Shown here: positions 17,233 through 26,387 of the stretch, piece after piece
How positions within the stretch are numbered: the first letter of the stretch is position 1
Layout: every line of letters begins with the position of its first letter
From: an uncultured delta proteobacterium
GTDB lineage: Bacteria; Myxococcota_A; Polyangia; Fen-1088
NCBI GenBank assembly: GCA_963796685.1
Contig: CAWCMR010000025.1
Location: 1,856,001 to 1,920,000, forward strand
Length of the DNA: 64,000 nt
Reading direction: 5' to 3'
Notes under the pieces: generated by a model
Database searches by the model: none
Seen by the model: the letters and a program-made list of their open reading frames with translations, nothing else
What the model was told of the DNA's origin: nothing
Made by a program: the position numbers and the translations under genes

Positions 17233-17456
17233 TCCTTGAGATCCTTGAAAAGTAGGGACTCATCGCCAAGTTTGCTGTCGGTCGATTCGAACAGACTGGT
17301 CGTGGGGGGCCGGCGGCCCGAGTAGTACCGCGAGGCCACAACGCGCAACCCCTTTCGGATAAGCTCCGAAGCCGAATGCCCCGCAGCACGAGCCTTCTTC
17401 AAAGCTCGGATGTCATCCTCTTCCAGTCGGACCGTGGTTGAAGTGAGACGCGCCAT
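17229..17456 (-). CDS. ribbon-helix-helix (CopG-like) antitoxin
   Basis: TTVRLEE...S.SELIR; overlaps the toxin start. Confidence 0.85.
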   Translation of the reverse strand: MARLTSTTVRLEEDDIRALKKARAAGHSASELIRKGLRVVASRYYSGRRPPTTSLFESTDSKLGDESLLFKDLKD

Positions 17457-17517
17457 ACACTCACCATACATCGCAAAGACAGGCTGCGGCAACGGTTTCT
17501 CGTAGCCGCAACAGTCC

Positions 17518-17622
17518 GCCCAACGCTTTGCCGTTAAGCGGCGAGCCCGCCGCACGAGCGGTTCGCTGATGTTACTCCGATTTCCCTGCGGCGGGATCGT
17601 CCGCTGCAACGGCTTGTTCGGC
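17518..17622 (-). other. attC site
   Basis: minus strand GCCGAACAAGCCGTTGCAGCGGACG ... CCGCTTAACGGCAAAGCGTTGGGC. Confidence 0.92.
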
Positions 17623-17698
17623 AGCAGCCACGACTCGAGAGAGAGGTTTGTGCCAGCATCAGACTGGACTCGGCCATTTCTCAGAGTATCGTGTTTCA

Positions 17699-18919
17699 GT
17701 GGTAACATCTCCCCGATTTGTCCTCGCAGAACCTGACTCCTTCCTTCACTGGCTGGCGTCCGGCGAATCCGATCTGTCCCTCGATGCCGTTGATGTCATG
17801 GAGGTATGGGCTTTGGTTGGGCTAGCCACCCTCGCCAGGAGAGGAAATGTCACCCCGATACAACTGGATACGAGTGGTGGAAAACCTGCCACCCGGTTTG
17901 CAAAGGCCCTCGGCATTGATAGCGTAATCGAGGGTAAGGTAGCTGCGGGGCCGGTGGAGGAAGGCCGTACGGTAAGGCTCACCAATATCCAAGGGTTTCC
18001 TGGTCGCTCCCCGTACGAGGTTGCAGGCGAGATCGCCAAACTCGCGATACCAGATGACACCGATGACACGCATCACACGATCTACTACGTGCTTGCCGAA
18101 CTCCTGCGGAATGTTGTGCAGCACAGCTACGATAAGCTCGGTGGTATCGTAGCAGCTCAACTCATGTCTGCAGGGCGCGGTGGTTACGACCGGGACACCG
18201 TACAGGTGGCTGTCGCAGACGCCGGGATCGGCATACCTGAGAGTCTGCGCCACTTCCATCCCAAGTACGATGACGCTGCTGCTGCGCTCGTTCGTGCACT
18301 TGACCCACACGTTTCCGGAAAATTCGAACCGGGCCTGTCTGGGACTGAGGAGAATGCTGGACTGGGGCTTTTCTTTATTGCGGAGATGGCAAAGCAGGCG
18401 GCCGGCCGCTTGTTGATCGCGACGCGAGGCGCACGTCTGTTACTTGAGGGGGCCAGATCAGGTCAGCCGCAGCGTCTCGACGTAAAACCAGTTGGGTTCT
18501 CCGGAACATTGGTGGCGTTTGAGCTTCCGGATCGCGGCGTTGGGAGCAACCACGATCTGCTTCAAAAGATCAACGAATTGGCTCGACAGCGCACTCCCAA
18601 ACGCGTCACCGAGCACTGGTTAAGGTACGAGGCGGTCCCCAAAGGCGTGCAGCGATTCCTTGTCTCCATTGCAGCAGAAGACACAACTGCCGCGCGATCA
18701 TACTCAGAAGGACAATTGGAACCGCGGCTAGTAGAACGGGAGTCAGTTGCCCTCGATTTTGCGAACCTGTCGATTTGCACGCAGAGTTTCCTTCACGCCT
18801 TGTTGTATGAAGCTCTCCGACTTGCCTGGGCGAAGCGAGTGCCGATTTACGTGATGAATGTGAGACCAGCAGTGCGGAGCAGCCTTGATCTTTTGGAAAG
18901 CTACGCTCTGGGCGGTTGA
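17699..18919 (+). CDS. GHKL (HATPase) domain protein with C-terminal STAS-like (DUF4325-type) domain; inverted cassette
   Basis: ELLRNVVQHS, DAGIGI, NAGLGLF, FSGT boxes; LDF.......SFLHAL. Confidence 0.82.
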   Translation: MVTSPRFVLAEPDSFLHWLASGESDLSLDAVDVMEVWALVGLATLARRGNVTPIQLDTSGGKPATRFAKALGIDSVIEGKVAAGPVEEGRTVRLTNIQGFPGRSPYEVAGEIAKLAIPDDTDDTHHTIYYVLAELLRNVVQHSYDKLGGIVAAQLMSAGRGGYDRDTVQVAVADAGIGIPESLRHFHPKYDDAAAALVRALDPHVSGKFEPGLSGTEENAGLGLFFIAEMAKQAAGRLLIATRGARLLLEGARSGQPQRLDVKPVGFSGTLVAFELPDRGVGSNHDLLQKINELARQRTPKRVTEHWLRYEAVPKGVQRFLVSIAAEDTTAARSYSEGQLEPRLVERESVALDFANLSICTQSFLHALLYEALRLAWAKRVPIYVMNVRPAVRSSLDLLESYALGG

Positions 18920-18960
18920 ACTCAAACGGCCACCAGCGCACGACCGGAACAGTTGTGTCT

Positions 18961-19065
18961 GCCGAACGCCTTGCCGTTAAGCGGTCTGGGCGCCGCCAAG
19001 CCGACGCCGCGATTCTACGCCGATGCCGCTGCGGCGACCAGATCCACTGCAACGGCTTGTTCGGC
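18961..19065 (-). other. attC site
   Basis: minus strand GCCGAACAAGCCGTTGCAGTGG ... CCGCTTAACGGCAAGGCGTTCGGC. Confidence 0.92.
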
Positions 19066-19237
19066 GGCGGCCGCTACTTTGGCAATCCTGGCAGGACGGA
19101 GCGCCAATCAACCTCCGCGAATCGACAGACATACGCGAAGCCCATCGATCCCATGGCTGGGAATCGCTGTGAGACTGTTGCAGAGGTCTTCTGAATACAG
19201 GAGGCGCCACGCCCGGCAAACGCCTTCGACTCCCGCG

Positions 19238-20305
19238 CTAGGGTGAGATCCGTCCGATCTTGTTGCCAGCGCATTCCGTGAACCAGAGATTTCCGTCCGG
19301 CCCGCCTACGATTGCAACCGGCTCGCTGCCCGGACTTGGCAACGGAAATTCGGTCACGGTGCCAGCGGGGGAGATTCGCCCTATCTTGTTGCCTTGGGAC
19401 TCCACAAACCAGACATTGCCGTCGGAGCCCGCCGTGATTCCGTTCGGGTAGCTGGACGTGGTCGGAATATCGAATTCGGTTATGGTCCCGCTGATCGTGA
19501 TGCGACCAATCTTGTTGGTCGAAGATTCGGTGAACCAAAGGTTGCCATCAGCACCGGTTGCGATGTGCGCGGGGCCAGAGAGAGGGGAGGGAACAGGAAA
19601 TTCATGGATATCCCCACCTGGAGTCATCTGTCCAATCCGGTTTGCGGCGTACTCAGCGAACCAGATATTGCTATCAGTATCGCAAGCAATTCCGCTCGGC
19701 CCGCCAGTAAGCCCGTCTGCCAGGCTGGGGATCCGAAATTCGTTGATCGTACCCGCAAGAGCGCCGGTCGGCGTAATCGAGGCTAGGTTCTTGGCCCAGC
19801 TCTCGGTGAACCAAAGACCTCCGCTTGGGCAACTAACGATTTCATCCGGTTGGCTCCTCGGAGTGGCGATTGGAAATTCGGTGACTGTCCCCGTGGGAGT
19901 AATACGACCTATCGCATCTCCGCCGAGGACACTATAGGGTGCCCACAAACTGCCTCGCTCGGTAAACCAGAGATTGCCGTCTCCCCCGGCTGCGATTGCA
20001 GTAGGCGCGCTACCGGGAGAGAGCGAGAACTCGCTCACACCTCCGACAAGCGTGATCCGTCCGATCTTGTCACTACTGAACTCGGTGAACCACAGAGCGC
20101 CATCCGGCCCGGCGGCGATTCCGGAGGGGCAAGTCGCCGCGGTGAGGACGGGAAACTCTGCAATCGATCCCGCGGCGCGCCAGCTGTCTCCGCCAGCGCT
20201 GTCGATAGCCGCTCCGTCTGCTGGCATCGGACCTGAGTCAGAACCGCAGGCCGCGAGGGTAGTCGAAAGGAGAATGAGCGCAAACGCACGAGGCTTGAGA
20301 AGCAC
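19238..20305 (-). CDS. Vgb (virginiamycin B lyase)-family beta-propeller lipoprotein (cassette)
   Basis: LAAC lipobox; seven P.GI..GPDG.LWFTE...KIGRI repeats. Confidence 0.88.
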   Translation of the reverse strand: MLLKPRAFALILLSTTLAACGSDSGPMPADGAAIDSAGGDSWRAAGSIAEFPVLTAATCPSGIAAGPDGALWFTEFSSDKIGRITLVGGVSEFSLSPGSAPTAIAAGGDGNLWFTERGSLWAPYSVLGGDAIGRITPTGTVTEFPIATPRSQPDEIVSCPSGGLWFTESWAKNLASITPTGALAGTINEFRIPSLADGLTGGPSGIACDTDSNIWFAEYAANRIGQMTPGGDIHEFPVPSPLSGPAHIATGADGNLWFTESSTNKIGRITISGTITEFDIPTTSSYPNGITAGSDGNVWFVESQGNKIGRISPAGTVTEFPLPSPGSEPVAIVGGPDGNLWFTECAGNKIGRISP

Positions 20306-20458
20306 ATCAGGATCTTACTCGCTTGCCGGCAAAGGGGCAATAGCTCGCAGCGGAGATCGCAGCGGAGACCGGGGTGTGACAGCCACCACGCGCTGGCCGC
20401 AATACCACACCGTATTGCTCCCGCTGGTGAAGCGAGGTTTCCTGAGTGGATTTCGTCC

Positions 20459-20565
20459 GCCGAACGCCTTGCCCTTCAGACTGCAAGCCCGCCGCCGAGC
20501 CCGGCCGTTCGATGATACTGCGATTTCCCTGCGGCGGGATCGTCAGGTGCAACGGCTTGTTGGGC
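20459..20565 (-). other. attC site
   Basis: minus strand GCCCAACAAGCCGTTGCACCTGACG ... GTCTGAAGGGCAAGGCGTTCGGC. Confidence 0.9.
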
Positions 20566-20580
20566 AGCCCTTCAGCCGCA

Positions 20581-20616
20581 CGACGTCTTGACGTCATAAC
20601 GTTTCTGCGCCATGAT
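20581..20616 (+). promoter_or_regulatory. sigma70-like promoter with GACGTC operator repeats for the RelE TA operon
   Basis: TTGACG-17-CATGAT; two GACGTC palindromes at the -35; ATG 7 nt after the -10. Confidence 0.65.
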
Positions 20617-20623
20617 TCCACTC

Positions 20624-20854
20624 ATGGCCCTGGCAAAGCGCGCAACTGTCTACCTTGAACCCGACCTGCACCGCGCCCTTCGAATGAAGGCCGCGGAGAC
20701 AGACCACACGGTTTCCGACCTGGTGAACGACGCTGTCCGGCAGCAGATGTCGGAAGATGCGGACGACCTTGAGGCATTCCGAGCACGGGCGAAAGAGGCC
20801 ACGTTGCCCTTCGAGACGCTGGTTCGGGACCTGAAGCGTCGTGGCAAGCTATAG
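20624..20854 (+). CDS. CopG/RHH antitoxin
   Basis: KRATVYLEPDLHRALRMKAA....SDLVNDAVR; acidic C-terminus. Confidence 0.88.
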   Translation: MALAKRATVYLEPDLHRALRMKAAETDHTVSDLVNDAVRQQMSEDADDLEAFRARAKEATLPFETLVRDLKRRGKL

Positions 20855-21098
20855 GATCGAGGTCAAGAGGTCCGCCTCCAAGGAGATCGCCGACCTCCCC
20901 AAGGCGGAATGCCAACGCGTGGTCGCGCGGATCCAAGCACTTGGGGACGAGCCGCGCGCGCATGGCTGCGAGAAACTGACCGGCGACGACAAGTATCGCG
21001 TTCGGCAGGGTAACTACCGGATCCTTTACGAAATCGACGACGAATCCAGGGTGATCACCATCGTGAAGGTCGGGAATCGCAAAGAGGTCTATCGCTGA
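20841..21098 (+). CDS. relE: RelE/ParE family toxin
   Basis: Y.I.....A.KE, KL.G...YRVRQGNYRILYEID, KVGNRKEVYR. Confidence 0.92.
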   Translation: MASYRIEVKRSASKEIADLPKAECQRVVARIQALGDEPRAHGCEKLTGDDKYRVRQGNYRILYEIDDESRVITIVKVGNRKEVYR

Positions 21099-21110
21099 CC
21101 GAGCGGGTCT

Positions 21111-21184
21111 GCCCAACGCTATGGCGTTCACCTGCGGGCGGGCGCCGCAGGCGACCGACCGTCAGGTGCAACGCCTTGTTGGCC
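21111..21184 (-). other. attC site (first cassette)
   Basis: minus strand GGCCAACAAGGCGTTGCACCTG ... CAGGTGAACGCCATAGCGTTGGGC. Confidence 0.92.
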
Positions 21185-21291
21185 GGCCAGCGCCGCGAAG
21201 AACCAGTTTCCGGAAATCCCTTCTGCTGGCGCCAGTAGTCCATTTCTGCGCGGTTTCGGGAGCGATGAGTCCATTGATGTGCAACCGTCGC

Positions 21292-21945
21292 TCATAGATG
21301 GGGTGCCACCAACTCCATCAAGAGAAGCACGACTGTGCCAAGTCCTGCGAGAAACACAATGTACAACTCCCAAACCAGGAATTCTCGAATGAGTGCTTTC
21401 CCCCTGCAAAGACGCCAGGCTACCGCAACCACGATGGCCAGTAAGGTCGTCCCGCCCCAGAATAGAAGAGCGATTGACTGCATGTTGGCGATCCCCTTGT
21501 GGCTCAGCGTTTGATAGAGATACGCACCATAAAGGAGTCCGACGGCGAGTGCCACCGCCAGGACCTTCGCCATGAGAGATGCGAGAATCTCCTCGATCGC
21601 ATGATGGCCCTCGCGAATGAGGTGTGAACCCGCTTCCTTGATAGAACGCTGTCCCTCGTGGATAAGGTGGTCACCGGCGTTCTTGGCCTCCACGACGCTG
21701 GTCGAGATCGCCTGCTCTGTCCGCTCAATGCTTCGACGCACGTGTTGCTCGAACTCTTCGCCAGTTTCCGAAGCTGCGCTCCTGAGCTTCTCAGTCATCC
21801 TGCCAACCGATTCCTCAGCGGGTTCCAATACTGCCTGGGTACTCCCGCGTAGAAACCTCGCAAAGAAACCCCTTGCGACTTTGGGCGTGTCTAACTTCCC
21901 AGCCACCGGGCCCGGGCCGCTCGGGGGCGTAGTATCTTTAGCCAA
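21292..21945 (-). CDS. hypothetical membrane protein (helical N-terminus, three C-terminal TM)
   Basis: 217-aa ORF overlapping the stop of the reconstructed upstream gene. Confidence 0.7.
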   Translation of the reverse strand: MAKDTTPPSGPGPVAGKLDTPKVARGFFARFLRGSTQAVLEPAEESVGRMTEKLRSAASETGEEFEQHVRRSIERTEQAISTSVVEAKNAGDHLIHEGQRSIKEAGSHLIREGHHAIEEILASLMAKVLAVALAVGLLYGAYLYQTLSHKGIANMQSIALLFWGGTTLLAIVVAVAWRLCRGKALIREFLVWELYIVFLAGLGTVVLLLMELVAPHL

Positions 21946-22074
21946 AGTGATCTCCCATGGAGCCAGCGCTCGGGTCCAACGATGTCGCTCGGACCGGGCG
22001 CCACGGCGCCGGTACCAATGCGACCATTTGTCCGTATAGAATGCCAGGGAGATCTGGCGGCACCAAGCTTATGC

Positions 22075-23485
22075 GGCTCTCCTGACATCTTCGTAAGGGG
22101 AGATCTCGTAGGTGCGACGCACGTCGTCGACGGAGATGTGGGCGGCATGAGTTTCGGGTGAGGTGGAGACGAAGTGCGCACGGGCACCTGGGGTATCGTG
22201 TGGCTTGTCTAGAACCCACAAGCCCAGGAGCCCATGCGCGCAACCACCCTATTCCGAAACCTACTCCAATTTCCACATACCCGTGTCCTGGCGGTCGAAT
22301 TCGATCTGCTTGGCATATTGGTGCACGTGGCGCCAACGACGACCGTTCCCTACTGCTCAGGCTGCGGATGTCGGGTCCATGACGTGTTCGATGCTCGGGC
22401 TCGGAACTGGCGGCATCTGGACGCGTGCGGGATGGAGGTTCTTCTGCGCTACACCCTGCGCAGGGTTGACTGTCCTCGGTGCGGCGTGGTCATCGAGATG
22501 GTCCCTTGGGCCGAGCCGAAGGTCGGCTTCACGCGTGACTTCGAGGACCATGTGGCCTATCTGGCCCAACAAGCAAGCCAGACGATGGTGGCCGAAACCA
22601 TGCGCATCGCGTGGCGCACCGTCGGCGCCATCATCCAGCGGGTGGTGCCGCGGCACCGAGATCCTAGCCTTCTCCTCGAGGACCTCGAACACATCGGCGT
22701 CGACGAGTTGTCGTACCGGCGGCACCATGAGTACGTCACCGTCGTTGTCGACCACGTCTCGCAGCGGGTCGTCTGGGCACACGAGGGCAAGAACGCTGCG
22801 ACGCTCGGCTGCTTCTTCGACGCTCTCGGCCCGGAACGAACCAGCAAGCTCAAGACCGTCACCATCGACATGTCCGCGGCCTACATCGACGCGGTCACCT
22901 CGAGAGCGCCACAAGCGCAGATCGTCTTCGACCGCTTCCACGTTCAGAGACTCGTGCAGGAAGCACTCGACGAGCTCCGGCGTGCGGAGGTCCGACTCCT
23001 GGAGGACACCGACGAACGCGGGCAACTGAAGAAGACCAAGTACCTTCTGCTCAAGAATCCGTGGAACCTATCCAGGGCCGAGTCTGAGAGGCTTTCGACC
23101 CTCCCGAAGACCAATGCCCGACTCTATCGCGGCTACCTGCTCAAGATCGCCATCTGCGACATCCTCGGTCGTCGCCAGGTCAACGTCGTCAAACAGAAGC
23201 TCGAAGAATGGATCAGTTGGGCCAGGCGATCCAGACTACCTTCCTTCAAGAAGGTCGCCGCGACCATCAAGAAATACCTGGACGGCATCGTGGCCATTGT
23301 CGCCACAGGGCTCAATAACGGAAGAACCGAGGGCCTTAATGGCAAGATCAGGGTCATCACCCGCAGGGCCTATGGCTTCCACAACGCTCAAGCCCTCATT
23401 GGCTTCATCTTCCTCTGCTGCTCAGGCGTTGTCCTTCATCCCGTCTTCAAGGTGCCCGCGCTTCCATGAAGATGTCAGGAGAGCC
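22075..23485 (+). mobile_element. ISL3 family insertion sequence
   Basis: TIRs GGCTCTCCTGACATCTTC / GAAGATGTCAGGAGAGCC; 8-bp TSD GCTTATGC at 22067 and 23486. Confidence 0.97.
22234..23469 (+). CDS. ISL3 family transposase
   Basis: zinc finger, IGVDE, IDMS, DRFH, EGLNGKIR..RRAYGF. Confidence 0.96.
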   Translation: MRATTLFRNLLQFPHTRVLAVEFDLLGILVHVAPTTTVPYCSGCGCRVHDVFDARARNWRHLDACGMEVLLRYTLRRVDCPRCGVVIEMVPWAEPKVGFTRDFEDHVAYLAQQASQTMVAETMRIAWRTVGAIIQRVVPRHRDPSLLLEDLEHIGVDELSYRRHHEYVTVVVDHVSQRVVWAHEGKNAATLGCFFDALGPERTSKLKTVTIDMSAAYIDAVTSRAPQAQIVFDRFHVQRLVQEALDELRRAEVRLLEDTDERGQLKKTKYLLLKNPWNLSRAESERLSTLPKTNARLYRGYLLKIAICDILGRRQVNVVKQKLEEWISWARRSRLPSFKKVAATIKKYLDGIVAIVATGLNNGRTEGLNGKIRVITRRAYGFHNAQALIGFIFLCCSGVVLHPVFKVPALP

Positions 23486-24495
23486 GCTTATGCCTCCCAC
23501 CTGTACCAAGATGTCGGTCTTCCGTCGATCCAACTGGGTCAAGAGCTCAGCAGACTGATGCCGGATCTTCTCAAGGACATTCTTCTCGGAAGTGTGTGCC
23601 ATGTCGAGTAGCAGATCTAGGACCGAGGGTGCCTCTCCTTTGGGTGGAGGGGCCTTCGGCCCCAGCACCTGAGCAAAGAATCCAGCCATATCATCAAGCG
23701 GACTGGCGCCAAAACGCGAGCTGACTATTTCGTCGATTCTGAGCTTGAGGACGTTCTCGAGCTGTTCCTTTGTCGAAGGCTCTTCATGCATAGGACAGGA
23801 CGGGGCCGAGAAGGCCGATGCGAGCCAGCCAAGAACGGTGCCACCGCCTGCTGTCAGACGCTCGTAGTCTGTGGGGTAACGGTTGCGGGCCACGTTACCC
23901 GTTGACTGAATGCAATCCTGCAAAGGTACTGGCACGCGTTCTTCGATCGACTTGCGCAGATTTCTTGTCTGAGATTCAACAAAGTGGTTTGCGTGCTCCA
24001 AGAGCTTTGGCCAGGCTTGTTGTTCGAGAAAGGTCTTGGCACAGCCGTCCATGTCAAAACTCCGGGCAAGAAAGCTCGACGCTGCGACCCAGGCATCGAT
24101 CTCTGCGGCCAGGCTGCTCCGGAAAGCCATCGCCTCATCCCTGACTTTCCTTTCGAGGACACCGATGAACGTGTCAACGATACTCGCTGCATCATCACCA
24201 TACTCCTTGGCCCGCGCTTCGATCCCTTTGGCAAGCACGGAAACGAACGCGCCTACATCTGCAACAACATGGCTCCGGCTAACCGCCGCGTCGCGCGGGC
24301 TTGGGGCGGCTAGGTTCGACTCAGCCTTGTCCAGCGCCTGCTGGCTCAGCCGAGAGGCCAAAAGTAGTGCCAGGACGCTAACGAGTCCGACGAGCACGAC
24401 TACAATCCAGCTCACGCCTTGTCCCTTCGCCTGCGTATCGCATTCTCCCCCGCAGGTTCGTCAGTATTCCAGCAGAAAGTGTTCATGAGAAAGGT

Positions 24496-24520
24496 CCGGC
24501 CAACTAGTATTATGCAACTC
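24496..24520 (-). other. attI site
   Basis: minus strand GTTGCATAATACTA-GTTGGCCGG; the core is the exact complement of CCGGCCAAC at the R'' of the first cassette attC (21178-21186). Confidence 0.8.
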
Positions 24521-24675
24521 TAGCCCCCGTGTCCTGGTCAGTCTATCGCCCTAAGACGAGCGCTCAAATGTCCTGAGAATCCCTGGGGTTGCTGGGGCTG
24601 GAGACCGGCAAGCGGGGAATAGACTGCAAGGGGAGCCACCTCCCTGCTTCTTTTCGCTGCCGGGTTCGGTCCTTC

Positions 24676-25271
24676 TCACGTGTGGACCAGATCGCCCAGC
24701 CACTCCAGCTCGCGCCCGAGGACTGGTACAGGAACAACAGCGCGGCGAGCGCCTGGTTTTGCGTGGATGCGTCATCGACGGGTGGTTCAAAAATCCCTGT
24801 GTCGCTTGTGGCCCGAAAATCCCGGGCAGGGGCCGCCCTGCGGCCCATACCTGCCCTCATCACGGGCAAGCCCTGCAAATCAAGGGGCGCCAGAGGCGCC
24901 GAGCGAAGCGAGCTTGCCCTTGATTAGCAGGGCGGCCGTGATTTCGGAGCCACCGACAAGGAATTTCCGAGCCACCGCCAGTGAAGGGATGCGCTGACCT
25001 TCCCGTCGACGGCGAGGCTGGACAGAAAGGCGCCGACTTCGACGCCCCCCATTTGGTCGGGATGGCGCTTGCCGTGAAACACGACGTAGCGCCTGACCCA
25101 ACCCACATAGGCCCGTACGGTGCGCGGGCTGTAGTGCCGGGCGCGCAACCCGGTGCGCACGCGGTCGAGCAAGCGCGGCGGACTGGCCGAAATCTGGCCG
25201 GCATGTCCGGATTCCGGCCGCGAAAGTGGAATGATCTTGGCACCTCGGCCGAAGTCTGGATCGTTGGGCAC
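24676..25271 (-). pseudogene. intI: integron integrase pseudogene (N-terminal domain only; MITE insertion, frameshift, no catalytic domain)
   Basis: PRLLDRVR..LRARHYSPRT..AYVGWVRRYVVFHGKRHP..MG..EV.AFLS.LA....VSAS | TQNQALAALLFLY, then shifted VLGRELEWLGDLV. Confidence 0.92.
24772..24986. mobile_element. 215-bp non-autonomous element (IS21-like MITE) inside intI
   Basis: flanked by the direct repeat GGATGCG (24765-24771, 24987-24993); two GTGGYYCRRAAAT-like motifs at each end in inverted orientation. Confidence 0.75.
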
Positions 25272-25354
25272 GGGCCATCGAGTGCGTCCTGCCCATCGGC
25301 CAGCACGGGGCGAGCGGCGGGGAGGCCGGCCCGCCCGTGCCGTTGGAGGTGGAG

Positions 25355-25753
25355 CTAGGCCGCCTTGGGGTCGGCGTTGCCGTACACGTATTCGGACGAA
25401 CCGAAGCCCAGGATCGGGAAGAAGATGATGCCCAGGAAGATCAGCCCAGCGGCGAATCCGCCGCTCTTGCCGAAGGACTTGGCGAGCTCGATGTAAAGAA
25501 GGATGAGGAAGATGAAGTTGACCACGGGAATGAGGAACATCACGATCCACCACAGCGGCTTGTGCGCGATCTGCAAGAGCACGACGAGGTTGTAGATGGG
25601 AATGATCGCGGCCCATCCCGGCTTGCCGGCCTTGGTGTAGACCTTCCAGAGGGAAGCTATCATCAGGATCCCGACCGCCAGCGCAAAGATCATGGTCCCA
25701 ACCGGTAGCCCACCAGCGTGCGACTGCATCTCCGATAGGTTTGCTCGTTCCAT
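25355..25753 (-). CDS. DUF5684 family membrane protein
   Basis: WKVYTKAGKPGWAAIIPIYN, LAKSFGKS.GF. Confidence 0.9.
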   Translation of the reverse strand: MERANLSEMQSHAGGLPVGTMIFALAVGILMIASLWKVYTKAGKPGWAAIIPIYNLVVLLQIAHKPLWWIVMFLIPVVNFIFLILLYIELAKSFGKSGGFAAGLIFLGIIFFPILGFGSSEYVYGNADPKAA

Positions 25754-25991
25754 TGTCGTGACCTCCTTGGAAGTAACCGAAGTACTGCTTGGACTGCCAC
25801 TTCAGGACGCGGCCCCATGCCGCGCCTGGTAGTCGAGTATCGGGCGAATCCGTCCGTACACAAGCCCAATCGGGTTGGCGTTCCCAGCTCAGAGTCGCCG
25901 CGGCCGGTGCGAAATGGCACGCCGGCAAGTTGAAATGTCGCGCAGAGGATGAGACACTGCGTCTAACACCGGTATCAAACGGAGGTTATTC

Positions 25992-26249
25992 ATGCGCAGC
26001 TTTCCTAGACCCGCTTGCCTTGGCTTGTTCGTAGCAACCCTCGTCGCTTTTCCAGCGGCCCGTGGATTGGCTCAGCAGCCCGAATACCCGCCGCCAGCCC
26101 AGCCGGCCTACGCTCCTGCGCCGGGATACTACGCGCCTCCGCCAGGGTACTATCCTCCACCCACGGTCGCGGCAGAGGCACGCAACCCAGATTTGCTCCA
26201 CGATGTCCGGCGGGTCCGAGATCTGCGACAGCAGCCCTTCCGGAAGTGA
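25992..26249 (+). CDS. short secreted Pro/Tyr-rich ORF, probably truncated
   Basis: GGAGG RBS, signal peptide, PPPGYY repeats, then no domain. Confidence 0.45.
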   Translation: MRSFPRPACLGLFVATLVAFPAARGLAQQPEYPPPAQPAYAPAPGYYAPPPGYYPPPTVAAEARNPDLLHDVRRVRDLRQQPFRK

Positions 26250-26387
26250 CCTGAAGACTCTATCGATCGTTGGGACGTTGTTCTTCTAGAGAGATGCGTT
26301 GCTGGCGCACGAGCGGGGCGATGCGTGTCGAACCGCGGCGAGTCGATTCTCGCGTTTCGCGGCGCTTCTGCTAGGCTGGTGCTGCCG

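Larger units (their letters stand above)
21938..24415 (-). pseudogene. N-terminally anchored hypothetical protein (352 aa reconstructed) interrupted by ISL3
   Basis: removing the IS and one TSD joins ...VQVGGIS to LVPPDLPG...DHFG* in frame. Confidence 0.8.

Noticed and set aside
14826-19246. short ORFs reading NALPL/CNGLFG/NKPLQ (e.g. 14826, 18916, 18953, N-terminus of 17229-17708)
   Set aside because: These are translations of attC sequences.
12919-21184. recurring palindromic repeats as a CRISPR array
   Set aside because: The repeats are 65-125 bp, variable, separated by whole genes and have R/L box structure, so they are attC sites; no cas genes are present.
24772-24986. group II intron or attC within intI
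   Set aside because: No GUGCG start, domain V or RT, and no R/L boxes; the direct-repeat flanks fit a MITE.
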